From Verrucomicrobiia bacterium (GTDB lineage Bacteria; Verrucomicrobiota; Verrucomicrobiia; Limisphaerales; UBA1319): a stretch of 64,000 bases of DNA. Below, one piece after another: positions 44,781-52,916 of this stretch (position 1 is its first letter; every line of letters starts with the position of its first letter). The DNA is taken from contig OY760937.1 of assembly GCA_963664225.1 (NCBI GenBank), forward strand, positions 5,536,001-5,600,000. The letters are read 5' to 3'. Under the pieces are notes generated by a model, which made no database searches, was not told where the DNA came from, and saw only the letters and a list, made by a program, of their open reading frames with translations. Position numbers and translations under genes: made by a program.

Positions 44781-46327
44781 ACGGAATTTCTCCCCTGACC
44801 CTCATCACATTGACGCCCGTGTTGGGTGCGTTGGCTGTCACACTCATCCCCAATCGTTTCAAGCAACACGCGCGGTGTGTCAGCCTGGGTTTTGCGATAT
44901 TTGCCTTGGTGCAGGCGCTGTTTTTATGGGCCCACTATGTGCCGCGTGGCGGGATGCAGTTCGAGGAAACGCATCGTTGGATACCGTTACTGGGAGTCGA
45001 ATATCATGCAGGGATAGACGGCCTCGGTTTGACAATGGTTCTCTTGACGGCCTTGCTGATTCCATTTGCCCTACTTGCTGTCTGGCGTCGCGAAATGCCT
45101 CGGGGTTATCATTCCCTGTTTTTATTACTTCAAGCGGGGGTGTTTGGGGTGTTTACCGCGCTTAACTTTTTCCACTGGTTTATCTATTGGGAAATGAGCC
45201 TCATACCGGCCTTTTTTCTCATCAGATTATGGGGAGGGACCCGGCGCGGTTTTGCGGCCACGCAGTTCTTCATTTACACACTGGCAGGAAGCGTGGCGAT
45301 GCTGCTGGCATTCCAGGTCATTTACCTCGGCACAGGGATTTTCGATTTTATTCAACTGGCTGAATTGGGACGGTCCGGGGAATTGCCCGGCAAACTCGCA
45401 AGCGGTCTGGGGTGGGCTGCTGGTTCGGCAGACACCGCGGCGCTCATGGTCTTCTGGGGGGTGTTCCTGGGTCTGGCCGTGAAGGTTCCGCTGATGCCGT
45501 TTCATATCTGGCTGCCTGCGGCCTATGCTGAAGCACCCACGGGAGTGTCCATGGTGCTCACGGGATTAATGTCCAAGATGGGGGTGTACGGTTTTCTGAG
45601 GATATTGTTGCCCATATTCCCGCAGCAAATGCGCGGGGCGCTGGATTTGCTGATGCTAATGGCCATCGTTACGATTCTGTTTTCGGCGTGGTCCGCATTT
45701 GTGCAGAAGGATTTGAAGCGCATGATTGCGTATTCCTCCATGAATCATCTGGGCTATTGCCTGCTGGGCACATTTGCCACCTTGAGGTTGACTGGTGCGA
45801 ATTCCGGCACGGCGAACGACCAGGCCGCAGCCCTGGACGGTGTGATTTTACAAATGTTCAACCATGGCCTGAGCGCGTCGGCCTTGTTTTGTTTTGTGGG
45901 CTGGATGGAGGATCGAAGCGGCGGATTGCGGGGGCTGAACGATTTCGGGGGCCTGCGGAAACCGGCGCCCGTTTTTTGCGGGCTGATGGGGATTGCGGTG
46001 TTTTCTTCCCTTGGCTTGCCCGGATTAAACGGTTTTGTTGGCGAATTCCTGATTTTCAAGGGAGCGTTTGCACTTACGGGTTGGCAGGCGGGCCTGTCCG
46101 CAGTGGGCCTGCTTCTGACAGCGATATTTTTACTGAATGTTTTGCAGCGGGTATTTCATGGCCCGGTTAATACGCGCTGGATCGCATTTCCCGATCTGAC
46201 GCGGATGGAACGATTCACGATGGCGCCCATCATTATTTTGATGTTCGCCGTGGGATTATATCCGCAAATATTACTAAGGTTCATCAACCCAAGTGTCCTG
46301 GAAATGGTCCTGAACATTCCAAAATAA
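44777..46327 (+). CDS. nuoM: NADH-quinone oxidoreductase subunit M (copy 1)
   Basis: GIDGL, WEMSLIP, AVKVPLMPFHIWLP, KMGVYG, AYSSMNHLG, LPGLNGFVGE. Confidence 0.92.
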   Translation: MNGISPLTLITLTPVLGALAVTLIPNRFKQHARCVSLGFAIFALVQALFLWAHYVPRGGMQFEETHRWIPLLGVEYHAGIDGLGLTMVLLTALLIPFALLAVWRREMPRGYHSLFLLLQAGVFGVFTALNFFHWFIYWEMSLIPAFFLIRLWGGTRRGFAATQFFIYTLAGSVAMLLAFQVIYLGTGIFDFIQLAELGRSGELPGKLASGLGWAAGSADTAALMVFWGVFLGLAVKVPLMPFHIWLPAAYAEAPTGVSMVLTGLMSKMGVYGFLRILLPIFPQQMRGALDLLMLMAIVTILFSAWSAFVQKDLKRMIAYSSMNHLGYCLLGTFATLRLTGANSGTANDQAAALDGVILQMFNHGLSASALFCFVGWMEDRSGGLRGLNDFGGLRKPAPVFCGLMGIAVFSSLGLPGLNGFVGEFLIFKGAFALTGWQAGLSAVGLLLTAIFLLNVLQRVFHGPVNTRWIAFPDLTRMERFTMAPIIILMFAVGLYPQILLRFINPSVLEMVLNIPK

Positions 46328-46331
46328 CTGC

Positions 46332-47822
46332 ATGCTGGCCTGGACCATATATAGTTCGTTTATAGGCGCGGGACTTTTAATGGTCCTCGATCCGGCGCGC
46401 AAACAAGCGGCAAGATTCCTTGCCCTCGCGACCGCCCTGGTGGGGTTTGGCATCGCGCTTGCGGGGTGTTTCCAATACCAGCCTTCAGGGAGCGTGCAAA
46501 CGATCAGCAACATTTCCTGGGTATCGTCACTGGGCCTGCGTTACCTGCTGGCGGCGGACGGGATCAGTCTGACCCTGGTGCTGCTCACCGGTCTGGCGGC
46601 GGTGGCGGGAGTTCTTTTTTCATGGAATATCGAATACCGGGTGAAGGAGTTTTTTGCATTCTACCTGGCGCTCATTGGCGGCGTTTATGGGGTGTTCCTG
46701 AGTTTCGACCTGTTTCTGCTGTTTGTGTTTTACGAAATCGCGATCATCCCGAAATATTTTCTGATCGCGATCTGGGGTTCCACGCGCAAGGAATACGGGG
46801 CCATGAAACTGGCGCTGTATTCGTTTGTGGGAAGCGCCATGGTGCTGGTGGGTCTCCTGGCCGCCTATGTGAAAAGCGGAGCGCACACGATGAACCTTGT
46901 GGAACTGGCCGCCTTTCCGTTTCCTGAATCCTTTCAGATATGGGTGTTCCCATTGATTTTTATCGGCTTTGGGGTGCTTGCGGGTCTCTGGCCGCTGCAC
47001 ACCTGGGCGCCGACCGGCCATGTGGCGGCTCCGACGGGTGCGTCGATGCTGCTGGCTGGAGTTGTCATGAAACTAGGAGCGTATGGCGCATTGCGAGTGG
47101 GAATGACGCTGTTCCCCCTGGGAGCGCAGGCGTGGCAGTATCCCATGGCGACACTCGCGGTGATTGGAATTGTGTATGGGGCCACGGTGGCGCTGGTTCA
47201 GAAAGACTTCAAATTCGTGATTGGCTATTCATCGGTCAGCCACATGGGGTTTGTGCTGCTGGGCCTGATGACGCTCAATGCGACGGGCATAGGCGGCGCG
47301 GTACTTCAGATGTTTTCGCATGGGGTGATTGCGGGGCTGCTGTTTGCCGTGGTGGGCCGGATGGTTTATGATCGGAGCCATACGCGCGATCTGGATGTTT
47401 TGCAGGGAATGGATTTGGGGCGCGTGCTGCCGTTTGCATCGGTCACCTTTGTGCTCGCGGGGGCGGCATCGATGGGAATCCCGGGATTCAGCGGTTTCGT
47501 GGCGGAACTCCAGGTGCTGATTGGGGCGTGGCGCGCGTTTCCCGTAATGGCCATCCTGGGTGGGTTGGGTGTGCTGTTTGGTGTGGCGTTTACCTTGCGC
47601 GCCATCCAAAAATCCTTTTTCGGTGAACACGCCAGCACTGAATCCGGAGGGAAGAAGGAACATGAATTACCGCCAATCACGCTGCCTGAAAAGGCCGGCG
47701 CGGTGATTCTCCTTGGGGCCACGATTGTGATCGGACTGTTTCCCAATCTCCTGCTGAACATCATCATGCCAAGCATTAATGCGCCGTGGATGCAGGGGTT
47801 GCTGAAGGGAGGGCGGCCATGA
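46332..47822 (+). CDS. nuoM: NADH-quinone oxidoreductase subunit M (copy 2, divergent)
   Basis: ADGIS, FYEIAIIPKY, WPLHTWAP, KLGAYG, YSSVSHMG, QMFSHG, IPGFSGFVAE. Confidence 0.9.
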   Translation: MLAWTIYSSFIGAGLLMVLDPARKQAARFLALATALVGFGIALAGCFQYQPSGSVQTISNISWVSSLGLRYLLAADGISLTLVLLTGLAAVAGVLFSWNIEYRVKEFFAFYLALIGGVYGVFLSFDLFLLFVFYEIAIIPKYFLIAIWGSTRKEYGAMKLALYSFVGSAMVLVGLLAAYVKSGAHTMNLVELAAFPFPESFQIWVFPLIFIGFGVLAGLWPLHTWAPTGHVAAPTGASMLLAGVVMKLGAYGALRVGMTLFPLGAQAWQYPMATLAVIGIVYGATVALVQKDFKFVIGYSSVSHMGFVLLGLMTLNATGIGGAVLQMFSHGVIAGLLFAVVGRMVYDRSHTRDLDVLQGMDLGRVLPFASVTFVLAGAASMGIPGFSGFVAELQVLIGAWRAFPVMAILGGLGVLFGVAFTLRAIQKSFFGEHASTESGGKKEHELPPITLPEKAGAVILLGATIVIGLFPNLLLNIIMPSINAPWMQGLLKGGRP

Positions 47823-49315
47823 ATTATTGGAACCTCTTTTTGCTTACCCTTCCCGAGGCGATCGTGGCATTGACGGCTTTGGCGGTGTTGTTCGTGGATT
47901 TGCAGTGCAGAAGCGCATGGACATTGGACCGAAGGCGCATTGTGGGATCGATGCTCGCCAGCATGGGTTGCCTTGCAGCCGTGCTGAGCCTGTTTTGTTT
48001 TCCACAAGCCGGTGAATGGGCGAATGGCGTCTGGGTGGTGGGAACCCTGAGCCAGTTGATCAAGGGATTCATTCTGGTCCTGTCCCTGATCACCGCCTTG
48101 ATGGTATTGGAAACGGATTTGGAATTTACGCCGCATGTTGGCGAGTATTACGCCTTGCTGCTGCTGGCCACACTGGGGTTCATGTGCATGGTGAGCACGC
48201 GGGAAATCCTGATGATTTTCGTGTCGCTCGAATTGTCGAGTCTATCGCTGTATCTGCTGACCGCTTTCGCCAAAAGATCACCCGCCTCGACCGAAGCCTC
48301 GATCAAATATTTCTTTTTTGGCGGGGTATCCGCGGCGTTCATGCTCTTTGGATTAAGCCTGGTTTATGGACTGACCGGAGAAACCCAACTGGCGAACATT
48401 GCCTTGAAGTTAAAGTCCACGGGCATGGATCCGCTATTGATTGTGGCCCTGGTGATGATTGTCATCGGGCTTGGATTTAAAATTGCGTCGGCCCCGTTTC
48501 ACTGGTGGGCGCCGGATGTCTATGAAGCTGGCCCGGTTTGCACGTCGGCGCTGGTTGCGTCGGGATCCAAGGTTGCAGGATTTGGGTTATTGGTCACGGT
48601 CATGATTGCAGGTTTTTCCGGCCTGGGTGGGAGCGGGGATTGGCACGGTTTCAAAACAGGATGGGTTCCGCTGGTCGCCGGGTTATCGCTGGCATCGATT
48701 ATTTTGGGGAACCTGGCAGCGATTGTTCAAACCAGCGTGAGGCGCCTGCTGGCCTATTCTGCGATTGCGCACGGCGGTTATGCGCTGGTTGGATTACTTC
48801 CAGGCAGTGGAATGGGCGTTTCTTCAGTGGTTTATTATGCGCTCACCTATGCGCTGACCGTTCTGGGCGCGTTCATCGTGGTGGCCGTGGTTTCAGGCAA
48901 GACGGAGCGTGGCGATGCGATGGGAGCTTTTGCCGGACTGAGTCGGCGCGCGCCACTGGTGTCCCTGTGCATGATGGTTTTCATGCTTTCATTGGCGGGA
49001 ATTCCACCATTGGCGGGATTCTTCGGGAAATTTTATTTGTTCGCATCCGCATTGAAAGGCAGTTCCGGAAACCTGGGATTGCTGTGGCTTGTGATATTTG
49101 CCATCGCGATGAGCGCGGTCTCCCTTTATTACTATTTGTTGGTGCTAAAGCAAATCTATGTGGTTGAGGGCGATCCGAAGTCCATCGTGGTCAGCGTTGC
49201 GCCAACGACGCAATTGATGCTGCTGGTGCTGGCGCTAGCTGTTGTGATTCTGGGAGTTGCGCCTGACCTTGTGCTGAATCCATTGACGAAAGCTGTTTCA
49301 GCGAGTTTGTTCTGA
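47819..49315 (+). CDS. nuoN: NADH-quinone oxidoreductase subunit N
   Basis: SLELSSLSLY, EASIKYF, GFKIASAPFHWWAPDVYE, LAYSAIAH, SLAGIPPLAGFFGKF. Confidence 0.95.
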   Translation: MNYWNLFLLTLPEAIVALTALAVLFVDLQCRSAWTLDRRRIVGSMLASMGCLAAVLSLFCFPQAGEWANGVWVVGTLSQLIKGFILVLSLITALMVLETDLEFTPHVGEYYALLLLATLGFMCMVSTREILMIFVSLELSSLSLYLLTAFAKRSPASTEASIKYFFFGGVSAAFMLFGLSLVYGLTGETQLANIALKLKSTGMDPLLIVALVMIVIGLGFKIASAPFHWWAPDVYEAGPVCTSALVASGSKVAGFGLLVTVMIAGFSGLGGSGDWHGFKTGWVPLVAGLSLASIILGNLAAIVQTSVRRLLAYSAIAHGGYALVGLLPGSGMGVSSVVYYALTYALTVLGAFIVVAVVSGKTERGDAMGAFAGLSRRAPLVSLCMMVFMLSLAGIPPLAGFFGKFYLFASALKGSSGNLGLLWLVIFAIAMSAVSLYYYLLVLKQIYVVEGDPKSIVVSVAPTTQLMLLVLALAVVILGVAPDLVLNPLTKAVSASLF

Positions 49316-49342
49316 TTGCCTCACGAAGGATTGAGACAGAAA

Positions 49343-49418
49343 TGGTGGGTTGGCGGGGACTCGAACCCCGGACCAATGCCTTAAAAGGGCACTGCTCTAC
49401 CGACTGAGCTACCAACCC
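49343..49418 (-). tRNA. tRNA-Lys(TTT)
   Basis: Reverse complement GGGTTGGTAGCTCAGTCGGTAGAGCAGTGCC-CT-TTT-AA-GGCATTGGTCCGGGGTTCGAGTCCCCGCCAACCCACCA, 76 nt. Confidence 0.96.
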
Positions 49419-49689
49419 ACGACAGCCATGAACATTGAGACGATGCAAAACGGCTTCGCCAGTCCAAATGCGGGGCGAAAATTAACGGACGCCCGCCAGA
49501 GTTTCAAGATAATTTCTCGGCCTTATCCAAGTCAAGCGTGACGGAACGATATTTGCGGGCGGTTTTTCGCCGAAAGGAACAGCTTCAGAGCGCGCGGTTC
49601 CCCGGGATAAATTTAGGCAAAAGTCCTATGCTCAAATCGGCAAAATGCCGATTGCCCCAAGGTTGACCCCGCATTATTTTGGTTAAGCT

Positions 49690-50030
49690 TGTGAGAGCTA
49701 CCATCGATTCCTCATAAGGCAGATGAGGAAGGAAGCGTCCGTCTTCCAGCGTGTCAAAGCTGGTTTTGGCGGTAGTGGGGAACAGAAGATTAAAATGATG
49801 GCGCTGAAGATGGTTGCTGAAGCAGAAGCCACTACCGCCCAGATGTGGGCGTGAGGGATTCGTGTAGGAATAAGAATAATTGATGGTTCATAACGAAGGT
49901 TTTGACGCCCAGGAGGTGCAAGCTGAAGACAGGTGACGGGTTTATCGAAACACTGGTTTTATTTGGCCCAGTGACGATAAACCCTGGGAAATGAGGAACG
50001 GCGGCTGTATTCATTGCAGCCGCCGTTTTA
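49690..50030 (+). ncRNA. Candidate structured non-coding RNA or leader (unclassified)
   Basis: Consecutive inverted repeats: 49708-15/49723-30, 49746-50/49759-63, 49768-78/49829-39, 49846-52/49905-11, 49938-47/49975-84, then a terminator hairpin. Confidence 0.5.
49997..50030 (+). terminator. Rho-independent terminator-like hairpin
   Basis: AACGGCGGCTGTA-ttcat-TGCAGCCGCCGTT followed by TTATAT. Confidence 0.65.
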
Positions 50031-50091
50031 TATGCGCGATTTTCTGGAGTTTTTTCTTCATCCGACCGCAATTCTTTTGCATGCTCGCGGC

Positions 50092-50943
50092 ATGGAAGTC
50101 CTGAAAGTTGAGGAGATTCAACGAGCCGTTCGTGAGGCGTTGACAGAAGATATTGGCACCGGGGATGTTACGACATTGTCCACCGTGCCGATGGAGGCGG
50201 TGAATCAAGCGATGATGGTGGCGCGGGCGCCACTGGTCGTTGCTGGCATTGGTTTTGCGGAGGCCGCGTTTCACGAATTGGATCCAACGGCCAGGATCGA
50301 ACGATTCGTTGCGGATGGCGCACATTTGGACGCGGGGCAGCCGATTCTAAGGGTTCAGGGGAAAACGCATGGGTTGCTTTCCGCCGAGCGCGTGGCGCTG
50401 AATTTCGTTCAAAGGCTTTCCGGGGTGGCGACCGCGACCGCGCGTTATGTCGAATTGGTCAAAGGAACAAAGGCACGGATTCTGGACACGCGCAAGACGA
50501 CGCCCGGTTGGAGGCGGTTTGAAAAGTATGCGGTGCTTTGCGGTGGCGGTCAAAATCACAGGATCGGGCTTTATGACATGGTTTTGATCAAGGACAACCA
50601 TCTGGCGGCGCTGGTGGGAACAAAGCCCAATCCAGTGGCGGCGGCGGTGGCTCGAGCGCGGGCCCAATATCCGGAGCTCAAGGTGGAGGTGGAGGCGGAT
50701 ACGCTGGAGCAGGTGAGGCAGGCTGTTGAAGCGGGCGCGGATATCATCCTGTTGGATAATATGACGCTGGAGAATTTGAGGGCGGCGGTTCAAATGGTTG
50801 GAGGGCGGGCCAAGACGGAGGCCAGCGGGGGTGTCAATGCGAGCACTTGCCGAAGCATTGCGGAAACCGGGGTGGATTATATCTCCGTGGGCGCCATCAC
50901 CCATTCGGCTGCTGCGGTGGATGTGGCATTGGATTTTGAGTAA
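50092..50943 (+). CDS. nadC: Quinolinate phosphoribosyltransferase (carboxylating)
   Basis: EDIGTGDVTT, ERVALN, DTRKTTPG, HRIGLYDMVLIKDNH, ILLDNM, EASGG, ISVGAITHS. Confidence 0.97.
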   Translation: MEVLKVEEIQRAVREALTEDIGTGDVTTLSTVPMEAVNQAMMVARAPLVVAGIGFAEAAFHELDPTARIERFVADGAHLDAGQPILRVQGKTHGLLSAERVALNFVQRLSGVATATARYVELVKGTKARILDTRKTTPGWRRFEKYAVLCGGGQNHRIGLYDMVLIKDNHLAALVGTKPNPVAAAVARARAQYPELKVEVEADTLEQVRQAVEAGADIILLDNMTLENLRAAVQMVGGRAKTEASGGVNASTCRSIAETGVDYISVGAITHSAAAVDVALDFE

Positions 50944-50946
50944 ATA

Positions 50947-51924
50947 ATGAGGGAAGACGCGCAAATTCTGGCCGCATTGCGAGCCGCCAGTCCTGGACTG
51001 GCTTCAGGCTCCGATCTGGCTCATCAACTGGGCATCAGCCGTGCGGCGGTCTGGGCCCGCATTGAGGCGCTCAGGGGGTTGGGTTACGAAATCTCCGCTT
51101 CTCCGCACCGGGGTTACCGGCTGGTGAGCGTGCCGGACGTGCTGCACGCCGACGATCTTTTATCGCGGCTGGGAGGTCGGCAGATTGTCGGACGGGATAT
51201 TCAGGTTTTCAAGGAAACGACCTCCACGAACGATGTGGTCGAAAGGCTTGCGCTGGATGGGGTGCCGGAGGGGGTGGTGGTCTTTGCCGAGACGCAAACC
51301 AAGGGGCGTGGAAGATTGGGCCGGAAATGGATTTCCACCAAGGGCCGTGGGTTGTTGTTTTCGGTGCTGTTGCGGCCTGATGTTGCGCCGCAAGCGGTGA
51401 CGCAGGTGATGGTTGCCGCGGGCACGGCGGTGGCGCGGGCGATTCGCAAAAGCACCGGGCTGAATCCCCAGATCAAGTGGCCCAACGATATTTTGATTGG
51501 CTCGAAAAAAGTGGCCGGGATTCTTACGGAATTACATGCCGAATTGGATCACGTGCAGTATGTATGCCTGGGCATTGGCGTGGATGTGAATCAGGAGGCC
51601 GGGGATTTTCCGCCTGAATTACGCCGCATCGCAACCTCGTTAAAGATGGAGTCCGGCCAGGCGCAAAAGCGGTCGGATCTGGCGATTGGCATTTTACAGG
51701 AATTAGATGCGGACTACGGGCGCATTCTCGCGGGGCAATTTGCGGCGGTGGCGGATGAGTGGGAGAGCCAATGCGCGACATTGGGGTGCCGGGTGCGGAT
51801 TGCGCAGGGAGACCGGATCATTGAAGGGCAGGCGGAGTCGCTGGATAATGAAGGGGGACTGCTTGTGCGCACGCAGCACGGGCGTTTGGAGCGAATCATC
51901 AGCGGGGATGTGACCCTGGGTTAA
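50947..51924 (+). CDS. birA: Bifunctional biotin-protein ligase/HTH regulator
   Basis: N-terminal HTH SGSDLAHQLGISRAAVW, STND, QTKGRGRLGRKW, KWPND, KKVAGIL. Confidence 0.96.
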   Translation: MREDAQILAALRAASPGLASGSDLAHQLGISRAAVWARIEALRGLGYEISASPHRGYRLVSVPDVLHADDLLSRLGGRQIVGRDIQVFKETTSTNDVVERLALDGVPEGVVVFAETQTKGRGRLGRKWISTKGRGLLFSVLLRPDVAPQAVTQVMVAAGTAVARAIRKSTGLNPQIKWPNDILIGSKKVAGILTELHAELDHVQYVCLGIGVDVNQEAGDFPPELRRIATSLKMESGQAQKRSDLAIGILQELDADYGRILAGQFAAVADEWESQCATLGCRVRIAQGDRIIEGQAESLDNEGGLLVRTQHGRLERIISGDVTLG

Positions 51925-51948
51925 CGGCTGCGTGCCTCCGATTTATTC

Positions 51949-52764
51949 ATGGAAATCATATTGTTGATCGATATCGGTAACACGCATTCCCATATTGGAT
52001 TGGGGCATTCCGGGCGTGTTCATAAATTATCACAATTTCCCACAGCCGCATGGAAAACCGGGAAGGCGCTGGCTTTCCTGGAGCGTTGCATTGGAAAATC
52101 CACGCTTCGTGGAGCCGCGTTTTGCAGTGTCGTGCCCGGGGCGACGTTGCTTGCCAGGCGCTGTATCCGCAGCCGGTGGAAGATTGATCCGCTGGAGCTG
52201 AACAGCGAGACCATTCTGGATTTGGGCATCGATTATCCCAATCCCAAGACCATCGGGCCGGACCGTCTGGCCAACGCGCTGGCGGCCAAGAATCATTACG
52301 GCGCGCCTGTGGTGGTGGTGGATTTTGGAACGGCGGTGACGTTCGATGTGGTCAATGGCCATGGCGACTATGCGGGAGGAATCATTGCGCCGGGACTTTC
52401 GGCGATGACGAGCTATCTGCATGAAAAAACCGCGTTATTGCCGGCGATCCGCATTCGGGAGCCGCAACGGGTGGTGGGAAAAAGCACGGAACAGGCGATG
52501 CTCTCGGGTGCGGTGATTGGATATCGGGGGTTGATCCGGGAATTGATCGTGGAGTTGAAAAAGGAATTGGGAATCAAGCGGCTGCCTGTGGTTGCCACCG
52601 GAGGGTACGCCGAGTTGATCGCGTCGAAATTTGCACTGATTTCGCATGTGGATCCCCAACTGACGCTGGAAGGATTGCGGTTGCTATGGATGCGCAGAAA
52701 TGCTGACAAGCCTTCAGGCGCCAAGGTCAAACGATTGGGCGCAAGACGGAATCCAGGTGGATGA
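51949..52764 (+). CDS. coaX: Type III pantothenate kinase
   Basis: LIDIGNT, GPDR, VVDFGTAVTFD, GGIIAPG, ATGG, LTLEGL. Confidence 0.96.
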   Translation: MEIILLIDIGNTHSHIGLGHSGRVHKLSQFPTAAWKTGKALAFLERCIGKSTLRGAAFCSVVPGATLLARRCIRSRWKIDPLELNSETILDLGIDYPNPKTIGPDRLANALAAKNHYGAPVVVVDFGTAVTFDVVNGHGDYAGGIIAPGLSAMTSYLHEKTALLPAIRIREPQRVVGKSTEQAMLSGAVIGYRGLIRELIVELKKELGIKRLPVVATGGYAELIASKFALISHVDPQLTLEGLRLLWMRRNADKPSGAKVKRLGARRNPGG

Positions 52765-52916
52765 CGGCGGGGAAGGGAAAATATTGCAATGTTGCCCCGC
52801 CCCATGTGCTTGAGAGACAGAGAAATGCGGGCAAATAGTGAAAAGGTATAATTTGCCCACTTTACGCGCCTTTAGGATTGATCCCTTTAGACCCCCTCAT
52901 GATTTTATTGAGGCAG

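Noticed and set aside
36541..49418. tRNA-anchored genomic island between the two tRNAs
   Set aside because: No integrase or duplicated tRNA 3' end (att) seen; content is a respiratory operon.
49600..49660. c-di-GMP-I riboswitch or RNase P from GGCAAAA/AAAGTCC-like words
   Set aside because: The remaining conserved elements are not present; only a simple AATCGGCA/TGCCGATT hairpin.
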